Positions 30,507-38,600 of a stretch of 64,000 nt of DNA are shown in pieces; the stretch's first letter is position 1; each line of letters begins with the position of its first letter. The notes below the pieces were generated by a model. That model did not search any database. It was not told where the DNA came from and saw nothing but the letters and a program-made list of their open reading frames with translations. The stretch covers positions 64,001 to 128,000 of the forward strand of contig CAWCKH010000005.1 of NCBI GenBank assembly GCA_963796055.1. Reading direction: 5' to 3'. Origin of the DNA: an uncultured delta proteobacterium (lineage in GTDB: Bacteria; Myxococcota; Myxococcia; Myxococcales; Myxococcaceae). The translations under genes and the position numbers were made by a program.

Positions 30507-33095
30507 TCAGTGCCGCACCGATTCCTGGGAAGGCCGCCATCGGGCGGCCTGGGCCCGGCTCTCGACGCCGAGCTTCTCGAGGATCGCCGAGACGTGGTGG
30601 TCCACCGTCTTGGCGGAGATGAACAAGCGCCGGCCGATCTCGGCGTTCCGGAGGCCCTCGTGGAGCAAGGCCAGCACTTCGGCCTCCCGCGCGGTGAGCC
30701 CGGCCGGATGGGCGCGGGTCTCCGCCCGCCGGCCACGGGGGACCTTCCTCACACCGCGGGCACGGAGCCGCGCCGCGACCCGCGCGGCTGCCGCGCGCAT
30801 CCCCAGCTGCTCGAGCGACTCGAATGCCGCGCGGAGGCCCGGCTCGTCCGCGGCGTCCGCCAGCGCGAGCGCCGCCTCGAACGGGCAGCCCAGACGCGTC
30901 CATGCCCGCCGGGCTACGGCGTGTCGGCCTTGCAGGCTGGCGCCGAAGGGCGGCGCCACCCAGCGTGGCGACTTCACCGCCTTCCCGCTGCGCGCGAGCG
31001 CAACCAGCAGCTCGCCGCCAATCCATCCGTCGCGCACCTCGACCGCGCGCGGGAGCGCCCGCCCCACCTCGGCACGGGCGCGCGCGTCGTCGCCCTCCAG
31101 CCACGCCGCCTCCGCGCGGGCGATGGCCACCGGCCCCAGCCGCTGCAGTTCCCCGATGCGGCTCGCCAGCTCGAGGGCCTCGTCCAGCACCGGCCAAACC
31201 TCCGTCGCCCCTCGCCGGGCGCGCACCCGTCCCAGGACGCAGAGCGGGATGACCCGCGCGAGGATGGGGAGCCCGGGGCGCCGGAGCACTTCCTCCGCCC
31301 GGGCCATCGCTGCATCGAGGCGGCCGGCGTGCAGCTCGGCCATTGCGCTCCAGCCCAGGAGGTAAAAGCGGTACCCGTCGAGGTCGCACTCCTCGGTGAA
31401 GGCCAGCCCGTCGCGGAGGACGCACGCGGCGCGCGAGAGCTCCCGCCGGGTCACCATGTGGGTGACGAGGTTCGCCCAGGCGCGTGCCGCGTCGTCGTCG
31501 AGACCAGCGGCCAGCGCCGCCTCCAGGCTCTCGCCCAGCAGCCGCCAGCCGTCGGGCTGGGAGACGTTGAGCTTGCACGAGCCGAGGTTGCACAGCGCGT
31601 GGATGACGATGGGGCGATCGCCGAGACGCCGCGCCAGGGCGAGTGCCTTGCGCGCCAGCTTCGCGCCCTCCACGCTCTCGGCAGCCACCATCCGGAGCTG
31701 GGCAGAATTGCTGTACGCGGCTGCCAGCTCCCGGCTGGCCGGCAGTTCCTGGAGGACGGCCACCGCCCGCGCCGCCCACCGCTCCGCCTCGGCGTTGTTT
31801 CCCGCGAACCAGTGGAAGCGCGACAGCCAGCGGAGGTCGTCGCCGCGTCGCAGCTGCTCTCCCATCGACTCGCGCAGGCGCACCGCCTGCTGGCACGCCT
31901 CGATGGCCTCGTCGAGCCTCCCCGTCAGGTAACACTCCACGGCATAGGCTTCGAGCAGCTCCGCCCTCTGCGCCCGGTCGGACCCGGCGAAGGCGAGGGC
32001 CCGCGCGAGCTGCGCGGCGGCTTCGCGGTGGGAGCGCAGCGCGCGCGCCTGTCGGGCCGCGGCCACTGCGTACTCGAGCACCGCCGGCGCGTCCGCCGCG
32101 CCCGCTGCATGGTGCGAGAGCCGGGCGAGCTCCACCTGCCCATGCGCACCGGACCGGAGCGCCTGTAGCAGCTCGCCGTGGAGCGCGCGCTCGCGTCCGG
32201 GCGGGAGCAAGGAGAGGATCGCCTGCCGGACGATCTCGTGGCGGAAGCCGACGCGGGAGGGCCCGGCATCGAGGAGACCAGCGGTGACGGCGGACTCGAG
32301 CGACAGCGCTCGCCCGAGCACCCGCTCCAGCACCGGCAGCTCCGCCGAGGTCCCCGCGACGGCCGCCACCTCCAGCGTCCGCCGCGCCGCCAGGGGCAGC
32401 CGACCCACCCGCGCGAGCACGGCGTCGAGCACGTTGTGTGGAACCGATGCTCCGCGTCCGGCGACCAGCTCGGTGACGAAGAACGCGTTCCCTCCGGTGC
32501 GTCGATGTAGCTCGACCGCGTCGAGCCCGGTACCGGAGGCCATCGTCCGGACCGCCTCCACCGACAGCGCCTCCACCGGGATGCGCTGGAGTACCCCCGA
32601 GCTGGCCACGTCCCCCAGCGCGACGCGGAGGGGATGGGCCGGCCCGACCTCGTCCTCGCGCATCGTCACGACCACCAGGGCACCCGTGGACTCCACCCGG
32701 CGGGCGAGGAATCGCAAGAGGTCGATGGTCGCCGCGTCCGCCCAGTGGGCGTCCTCGATGACCAGCAAGGTTGGACGGATCCGTCGCAGCTCGGCCAGGA
32801 CAGCCCCGAAGAGCTCCTCGCGCCGGGCCGACGTCTCGAGCAGCGTCCGGAGTCCCGGGGCGGCCGCCACCACGTCCCGTAGCGGCCCGAGCGGCCGCGG
32901 GGTGGAGAGCGAGTCGCAGGCGCCGATGAGGACGCGGCGGCCGGCTGGCCCCCGCGCGACGAACGCCCGGACCAGGCTGGTCTTGCCCGCGCCGGCCTCG
33001 CCGCCCACGAGCGCCAGCCGACCCCGTCCGCGCTCCGCCTCCGCGCACGCTGCAGAGAGCGCGGCCAGGGCACCTTCACGCTCCAGGAGCAGCAT
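30507..33095 (-). CDS. Large ATP-binding LuxR-family regulator (AAA + TPR-like + LuxR HTH)
   Basis: [26 protein letters not shown] and LTAREAEVL...[15 protein letters not shown]. Confidence 0.92.
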   Translation of the reverse strand: MLLLEREGALAALSAACAEAERGRGRLALVGGEAGAGKTSLVRAFVARGPAGRRVLIGACDSLSTPRPLGPLRDVVAAAPGLRTLLETSARREELFGAVLAELRRIRPTLLVIEDAHWADAATIDLLRFLARRVESTGALVVVTMREDEVGPAHPLRVALGDVASSGVLQRIPVEALSVEAVRTMASGTGLDAVELHRRTGGNAFFVTELVAGRGASVPHNVLDAVLARVGRLPLAARRTLEVAAVAGTSAELPVLERVLGRALSLESAVTAGLLDAGPSRVGFRHEIVRQAILSLLPPGRERALHGELLQALRSGAHGQVELARLSHHAAGAADAPAVLEYAVAAARQARALRSHREAAAQLARALAFAGSDRAQRAELLEAYAVECYLTGRLDEAIEACQQAVRLRESMGEQLRRGDDLRWLSRFHWFAGNNAEAERWAARAVAVLQELPASRELAAAYSNSAQLRMVAAESVEGAKLARKALALARRLGDRPIVIHALCNLGSCKLNVSQPDGWRLLGESLEAALAAGLDDDAARAWANLVTHMVTRRELSRAACVLRDGLAFTEECDLDGYRFYLLGWSAMAELHAGRLDAAMARAEEVLRRPGLPILARVIPLCVLGRVRARRGATEVWPVLDEALELASRIGELQRLGPVAIARAEAAWLEGDDARARAEVGRALPRAVEVRDGWIGGELLVALARSGKAVKSPRWVAPPFGASLQGRHAVARRAWTRLGCPFEAALALADAADEPGLRAAFESLEQLGMRAAAARVAARLRARGVRKVPRGRRAETRAHPAGLTAREAEVLALLHEGLRNAEIGRRLFISAKTVDHHVSAILEKLGVESRAQAARWRPSQESVRH

Positions 33096-33120
33096 CCTGG
33101 GCGCGCAGGGTACTCCTCCG

Positions 33121-33489
33121 TCAGAAGCTCAGCGAGGCCGCCCCGGCCAGCAGTTGCTCGTGGATGACGCTCGAGCCGGCGATCTCCGTGCCCTCGATGA
33201 GGTCTTGCTGGGTGTACCCGCGCGACTTCACGCAGGGCGTGCAGGCCACGAGGCGGCCGCCCCTGCGGAGGAAGTCCTTGACCAGCGCGGCGAGGGGATC
33301 GAGCGGCGGGACGTGGGTCGTGTCGATCGCCCGGCGGCGCGCGAGGTCCACCGCCGAGCTGGTCAGAAACACGGTCACCTTCCTGAATCCGGTGGTCATC
33401 CCGCCGTTGGCGATGGTGAAGCCGACCGAGGACAGCTCGTGATCGGTTCCCTTCGTCATCAACACCACCAGCTCACGTTGCTCGGACAT
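33121..33489 (-). CDS. DsrE/DsrF-like family protein
   Basis: [12 protein letters not shown] and [12 protein letters not shown], 122 aa. Confidence 0.8.
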   Translation of the reverse strand: MSEQRELVVLMTKGTDHELSSVGFTIANGGMTTGFRKVTVFLTSSAVDLARRRAIDTTHVPPLDPLAALVKDFLRRGGRLVACTPCVKSRGYTQQDLIEGTEIAGSSVIHEQLLAGAASLSF

Positions 33490-33602
33490 GGGGCACCCCT
33501 GAAGTTTGGATGTTGCAGGGGGGCAGCGTGTCGGCGGTGAGGTCCGGGCACATGGGGAGGATTCCCCATCTTTCGAGGCGCCACGGGCCCGTCAGCCCCG
33601 GC

Positions 33603-34109
33603 TCAGGCCGCGGCGCCGGCCATGGCCGGCGGCCCCCCGCGTCCGAGGAAGCGGCGGGCGGCGAGAGCGATGGGCAGCCCCACCAGCAGGGCGTGACCGA
33701 TGACGCCGTTCAGGACCAGCGGGAGCGGGGGCATCGAGGGGGGGATGCGCGACAGAGGGATGACCCCGAAGCCCATCACCACCCACACCACGACCCCGAA
33801 GGCCAGACCCCACCCCACCGCGTCGCGCCGGAGCCGGGGGAGCCGCTCGCTGGCCAGCACGAACACCGCCGCGGCGGTGAAGGCGATGAGGAAGTGAATC
33901 GCCAGTCCGAACAGCGCGGTCCCTCCCCCTCCGGCGAAGGCCGCCTGCCCCATCAGCCCGCTAGCGACGAACTGGTAGATGGCCACCGGCTTCATCCCGA
34001 ACGCCAGGCCGTAGGCGACGATCGCGTTCACTCCATCCAGCACCGCCACCGCCAGCCCTCCGGCGACGATGGCCTGCACACGCCCACTGCTTCGCACGTT
34101 GTTCTCCAT
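33603..34109 (-). CDS. Four-TM membrane protein
   Basis: Hydrophobic helices with YQFVASGLMG, GLAIHFLIA and GHALLVGLPI. Divergent from a LysR gene. Confidence 0.75.
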   Translation of the reverse strand: MENNVRSSGRVQAIVAGGLAVAVLDGVNAIVAYGLAFGMKPVAIYQFVASGLMGQAAFAGGGGTALFGLAIHFLIAFTAAAVFVLASERLPRLRRDAVGWGLAFGVVVWVVMGFGVIPLSRIPPSMPPLPLVLNGVIGHALLVGLPIALAARRFLGRGGPPAMAGAAA

Positions 34110-34193
34110 GAAGACCTCCACGACGGGTTTGCCACCTCAGATGCCTCCGGGGCATCCTCGGCGACGACAAATGACTGTTCTTGGAGGAGAACG

Positions 34194-35120
34194 ATGATCC
34201 CCATTGATCAGGTCGGGTCCCTGGCCCTCTTCGCCCGGGTGGTGCACCACCGCTCGTTCTCCGCCGCCGCCCGGGAGGCAGGCCTGGCCAAGTCGGCGGT
34301 GAGCCGGCGCATCGCCGAGCTGGAGCAGGCGCTGGGGGTGCGGTTGCTCCACCGGACCACCCGGAGCCTCTCGCTGACCGAGGAAGGAGTCCGGGTCCAG
34401 GAGCACGCCCGGGCGCTGGTGACCGCCGCCGACTCGGCGCAGCAGGTGGCGGGGCTCGCCACCGGCGCGGTCCGCGGAACCCTCCGGCTCAACGCCACCG
34501 TGGCCTTCGCCCAGCTCTACCTGGTCCGGGCGCTGACCGAGTTCCTCGCCCTGCACCCGGAGGTGGAGGTGCACCTCTCGACCGACAACCGGCTGGTGGA
34601 TGTGGTGGAGGGAGGATACGACGTGGTGTTCCGCATCGGCCGGTTGACCGACTCGAGCCTGGTGGCGCGGCGCCTGGCCACCGACCGGATGGTCATCTGC
34701 GCCGCTCCCGCCTACCTGGCGCGCGCCGGCATTCCACGTTCACCGGCCGACCTCGTCCAGCACGCCTGCCTTCACTACATGCTCGTGCCGCGCGCCGCCG
34801 AGTGGAGGTTCCGGCGAGGTGCGCGGAACGTCGAGGTCTCCACCCGCGGCCCGTTCTCCTGCGATGACGGCCTGGCGATGCGGCAGGCGCTCCTGGCCGG
34901 AGCGGGCCTGGGGACCGTCCCCTCGATGCTGGTCGCGGAGGACGTCGCGGCAGGCCGGCTCCAGCTCGTGCTCGAGGGAGCCCGACGCTTCGAGTTCGGC
35001 GTCCACGCCCTCACCGCGCACCGCACCCACGCCCCGCCGCGGGTCCGGGCGCTGCTCGACTTCCTGGTGGCGCACTTCCGGGTCAACGGGCCCCGGGCCC
35101 TCCCCCCGCACCCGGCGTGA
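34194..35120 (+). CDS. LysR-family regulator (CrgA-like)
   Basis: FARVV..RSFSAAAR...SAVSRRIAELEQALGVRLLHRTTRSLSLTEEG. GGAGGAG SD. Confidence 0.93.
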   Translation: MIPIDQVGSLALFARVVHHRSFSAAAREAGLAKSAVSRRIAELEQALGVRLLHRTTRSLSLTEEGVRVQEHARALVTAADSAQQVAGLATGAVRGTLRLNATVAFAQLYLVRALTEFLALHPEVEVHLSTDNRLVDVVEGGYDVVFRIGRLTDSSLVARRLATDRMVICAAPAYLARAGIPRSPADLVQHACLHYMLVPRAAEWRFRRGARNVEVSTRGPFSCDDGLAMRQALLAGAGLGTVPSMLVAEDVAAGRLQLVLEGARRFEFGVHALTAHRTHAPPRVRALLDFLVAHFRVNGPRALPPHPA

Positions 35121-35171
35121 AGGCCTCCCCGCCGGCGACCCCTTTTCTCCCGGCCCTGGCTCTCAGCTGGC

Positions 35172-35375
35172 ATGACCATCGAAGGTGCGGTCCGCGTCCT
35201 CGCCGGAAGCTTCGTCCTGCTCGGGGCACTGCTCTCGTGGTGGGTGAGCCCCTGGTGGCTTCTCCTCGACGTGTTCGTCGGGCTCAACCTCATCCAGTCC
35301 GTCTTCACTGGCTTCTGCCCGGCGGAAATGATCTTCCGGCGCCTCGGTCTCCGGACCGCAACCGGCCGAGCCTGA
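35172..35375 (+). CDS. DUF2892/YgaP-like small membrane protein
   Basis: FVGLNLIQSVFTGFCP signature. Confidence 0.85.
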   Translation: MTIEGAVRVLAGSFVLLGALLSWWVSPWWLLLDVFVGLNLIQSVFTGFCPAEMIFRRLGLRTATGRA

Positions 35376-35443
35376 CCTTCGAGACGACCGTACCAGTCCG
35401 TGGACTTCAGCCCACGCCCGGTCTTCGCTAGGGTGTTCGCCCC

Positions 35444-36193
35444 ATGTCGAGGCCGCCGGGGGAAAATCCGAGCCCCCCGCTCTTCCAGATCCGCGAACCG
35501 CCCCGGCGGTTCCTGGGGCCGTTCCTCCTGGTGGCCGCCCTCCACGCGGGCCTCCTCGTCTGGACAGGCCAGATGCGTCCTCCCCCCGCGAAGCCTGCAG
35601 CCGAGCCGGTCGAGATCGTCCTGCGGCTCCCGCCCCGGAAGGTCGCGGTGAACGAGCCTCCGGGGGGCGGGCCCAGGCGGCCGCCGCCCCCCGCCCACCG
35701 TCCCAAGGCCCGGCGCCTCCGCCCCCCCAAGGTCATTCCCCCGCCGGTGGTGGAGGAGCCGCCTCCCCCGATTCCCGACCCTCCGAAGGTCGCCGAGGCG
35801 GAGGAGGCCGGAGACGAGGACGACGGGGACGGCGATCCGGACGCCTTGCCGGGCCTCGGGGGAGGCGGTGGCACGGGCACCGGGAGCGGGCCCGGGGTCG
35901 GTCCCGGGCACGGGAGCGTGACGTCGAAGGCCCGCCAGGCCTGGCTCAGCCACACCGACTGGCGCTGCCGCCGCCCCGGCTACGACGAGCTCGGACGGAT
36001 CGTGGTGCGGATCCGGGTGGACGTGCTGGCCGATGGCAAGCCCAAGCAGGTTCGGGTGGTGAAGCCCGGTCCCGAGGAGTTCAACCGGCGGGCCGTCGAC
36101 TGCGCCCTCGACGAGACCTACCTGCCCGCGCTCGACCCCGACGGACGCCCCATCCCCGGCGATTGCGAGTTCAGCATCGAGTTCCTGAACTGA
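35444..36193 (+). CDS. TonB-like energy transducer
   Basis: N-terminal TM with conserved His (AALHAG), Pro-rich spacer, Gly-rich stretch and TonB_C-like domain ([10 protein letters not shown]). Confidence 0.75.
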   Translation: MSRPPGENPSPPLFQIREPPRRFLGPFLLVAALHAGLLVWTGQMRPPPAKPAAEPVEIVLRLPPRKVAVNEPPGGGPRRPPPPAHRPKARRLRPPKVIPPPVVEEPPPPIPDPPKVAEAEEAGDEDDGDGDPDALPGLGGGGGTGTGSGPGVGPGHGSVTSKARQAWLSHTDWRCRRPGYDELGRIVVRIRVDVLADGKPKQVRVVKPGPEEFNRRAVDCALDETYLPALDPDGRPIPGDCEFSIEFLN

Positions 36194-36288
36194 GCTGATG
36201 TCGTCGCCCGGGGCGTTGCCCTCCCGGGAACAGCACGTTCCACTGCTCGAGTGGTGCGCCGGGAGTGCCGCGGCCGTAAAGGTGATTC

Positions 36289-36852
36289 ATGACACGGATC
36301 GCGATCATCATCGGCAGCACCCGGCCCGGGCGGAAGGGCGAGGCCGTCGCCCGCTACGTGCTGGACATCGCCCGGAAGCGGAACGACGCCGAGTACGCGC
36401 TGGTGGACATCGCGGAGTACAACCTGCCGCACCTCGACGAGCCGGTTCCCCCTTCCATGGGCCAGTACAGCAAGGCCCACACCCTGGCCTGGGCGAAGAC
36501 GATCGACGCCTTCGACGGCTACGTCTTCGTCACCCCCGAGTACAACCACTCGACCTCGGCTGCGCTGAAGAACGCGATCGATTTCCTGTTCAAGGAATGG
36601 AACAACAAGGCAGCCGGCTTCGTGAGCTACGGCAGCGCCGGCGGCGCCCGGGCAGTGGAGCACCTGCGGCTGGTGATGGCGGAGCTGATGGTGGCCACCG
36701 TCCGCGCCCAGGCGATGTTCTCGCTGTTCACCGACTTCGAGGCCTTCACCGTCTTCAAGCCCCACCCCCACCACGAGAAGGCGGTGAACGCCATGCTCGA
36801 GCAGGTCGTGTCCTGGGCCGGGGCCCTGAAGACGGTGCGCAAGAAGGCCTGA
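36289..36852 (+). CDS. NADPH-dependent FMN reductase
   Basis: GSTRPGR, TPEYNHS..LKNAID and [14 protein letters not shown]. Confidence 0.93.
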   Translation: MTRIAIIIGSTRPGRKGEAVARYVLDIARKRNDAEYALVDIAEYNLPHLDEPVPPSMGQYSKAHTLAWAKTIDAFDGYVFVTPEYNHSTSAALKNAIDFLFKEWNNKAAGFVSYGSAGGARAVEHLRLVMAELMVATVRAQAMFSLFTDFEAFTVFKPHPHHEKAVNAMLEQVVSWAGALKTVRKKA

Positions 36853-36911
36853 ATGGCGCAAGATTGTCCAAGTCCCCACGGGGAACTCCGGACAGGCTCC
36901 GGCGACTGCCC

Positions 36912-37775
36912 ATGAGCGCCCATCTCCACGCCACACCGCTGCTGGTCGGCGACGAGCTGTCGGTGTTCGACGTCCACTGCTCGGCAGGTCCCCAGGACGC
37001 GGCGCCACCCGAGGTGCACCGTTCCTTCGTGCTGGCCTACGTCCGGACGGGGAGCTTCGCCGTCCGCACCGAGCGCGGGGCGCACCAGCTCGTCCCGGGC
37101 GGGTTCATGACCGGTGCCCCCGGCGAAGTGTACGCCTGCAGTCACGAGCAAGGAGGCGGCGACACCTGCCTCGCCCTTCACCTCTCGCCCGCGCTGGTGG
37201 ACGCGCTGGGCGGCGAGCGTGCCGCCGCTGGCTGGCACGCCGGTGGCCTCGCACCCGAGCCCGAGCTGGGGATGCTCGCCGCGCTGGGGCTGGCGGCGGC
37301 CAAGGGCGGCACCGACGTCTCGCTCGAGGAGGCGGCGCTGCTGCTGGTGGACCGCTTCCTCGCCCGGGGCGGGGCCTCGCGACCGGCCTGGGCACCGCGG
37401 CTGGTCGACCGCCGGCGGGCGGTGGAGACGGCACTGTGGGTCGAGGCCCACGCCGACCAGCCGGTGCAGCTGGCCACCTTGGCACGTCGGGCGGGCCTGA
37501 GCGCCTTCCACTTCCTCCGCCTCTTCAGCCGGGTCCTCGGGGTGACCCCGCACCAGTACCTGGTGGCGGCCCGGCTCCGTCGCGCGGCGCGCCTCCTGGC
37601 CAATCCGGCGCGCCCGGTGACCGACGTGGCGTTCGAGGTCGGCTTCGGGGATCTCTCGCACTTCGTCCGGACCTTCCGCCGGGCCGCCGGCGTGTCTCCC
37701 GGGCGTTTCCGGCGCCTCGCGCGCGCCGAGCGCAAGTTCCTCCAAGCGAGGCTGGACTCGGCCCGGGCAGGATGA
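36912..37775 (+). CDS. AraC-family transcriptional regulator
   Basis: [19 protein letters not shown] and [19 protein letters not shown]. Confidence 0.9.
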   Translation: MSAHLHATPLLVGDELSVFDVHCSAGPQDAAPPEVHRSFVLAYVRTGSFAVRTERGAHQLVPGGFMTGAPGEVYACSHEQGGGDTCLALHLSPALVDALGGERAAAGWHAGGLAPEPELGMLAALGLAAAKGGTDVSLEEAALLLVDRFLARGGASRPAWAPRLVDRRRAVETALWVEAHADQPVQLATLARRAGLSAFHFLRLFSRVLGVTPHQYLVAARLRRAARLLANPARPVTDVAFEVGFGDLSHFVRTFRRAAGVSPGRFRRLARAERKFLQARLDSARAG

Positions 37776-38143
37776 TCTCCATGTTCGATCACCTTGGCCT
37801 CAGGACCTCCCGCCTCGATGCCGCCATCCGCTTCTACGAGGCCGCGCTCGCGCCGCTCGGGCACCGGCTCGCCTCGCGCGACGAGCAGGGAGCCGGGCTG
37901 GGCCCGCCAGATGCACCGGCGCTGTGGCTGTCCCGCGTCACCGGCCAGTCGGGCTCGAGCGTCCACCTCGCCTTCGCCGCCCCCGACCGGCAAGCGGTCG
38001 ACCGGTTTCACGCTGCGGGTCTCGCGGCGGGGGGCAGGGACAACGGTGCGCCGGGCGCGCGTCCCGACTACGGCCCGCGGTATTACGCGGCCTTCCTGCT
38101 CGACCCCGACGGGAATAACGTCGAGGCGGTCTGCCTGAAGTAG
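37772..38143 (+). CDS. VOC/glyoxalase family protein
   Basis: [21 protein letters not shown] and [21 protein letters not shown] overlap; alternative start at 37781. Confidence 0.9.
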   Translation: MISMFDHLGLRTSRLDAAIRFYEAALAPLGHRLASRDEQGAGLGPPDAPALWLSRVTGQSGSSVHLAFAAPDRQAVDRFHAAGLAAGGRDNGAPGARPDYGPRYYAAFLLDPDGNNVEAVCLK

Positions 38144-38191
38144 CCCGGTCAGGCGAGCGCCGCCCAGCGTTCCGCGCTAAGAGCGGCAGGG

Positions 38192-38581
38192 GTGAGCGGG
38201 AGGGAGACGCCAGTCCGGGGCAGTGTGGTTGTCGCCGACGACGACCGCGAGCTCCGCGAGGGGCTGGTCGACGTGCTCGAGCACGAGGGCTTTCGCGTGC
38301 TCGAGGCGGCGGACGGCCCGGCAGCGGTGGAAGCGGTGCTCGGCGCGCCTCGCCCCTGCCTGATGCTGCTCGACCTGGTCCTGCCCCGCTACTCCGGGCT
38401 CGAGGTTCTCGCCCGTCTGGAGCGGGAGAGGCCCGAGCGGGTGCGTGTCTTCCTGATGACCGGCCAGACGCCGGCCCCGGAGCTCCCACCGGGTTCCATC
38501 GTGGCGGACGTGCTCATCAAGCCCTTCACCCTCGACGCGCTGCTGGTGCGCATCCGGAAATTCCTCGCCGAGGCGGGCTGA
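38192..38581 (+). CDS. Single-domain response regulator
   Basis: VVADDD, LLDLVLP, MTG and KPF motifs. Confidence 0.85.
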   Translation: MSGRETPVRGSVVVADDDRELREGLVDVLEHEGFRVLEAADGPAAVEAVLGAPRPCLMLLDLVLPRYSGLEVLARLERERPERVRVFLMTGQTPAPELPPGSIVADVLIKPFTLDALLVRIRKFLAEAG

Positions 38582-38600
38582 CCCAGGTTCGTCGCTGGTT

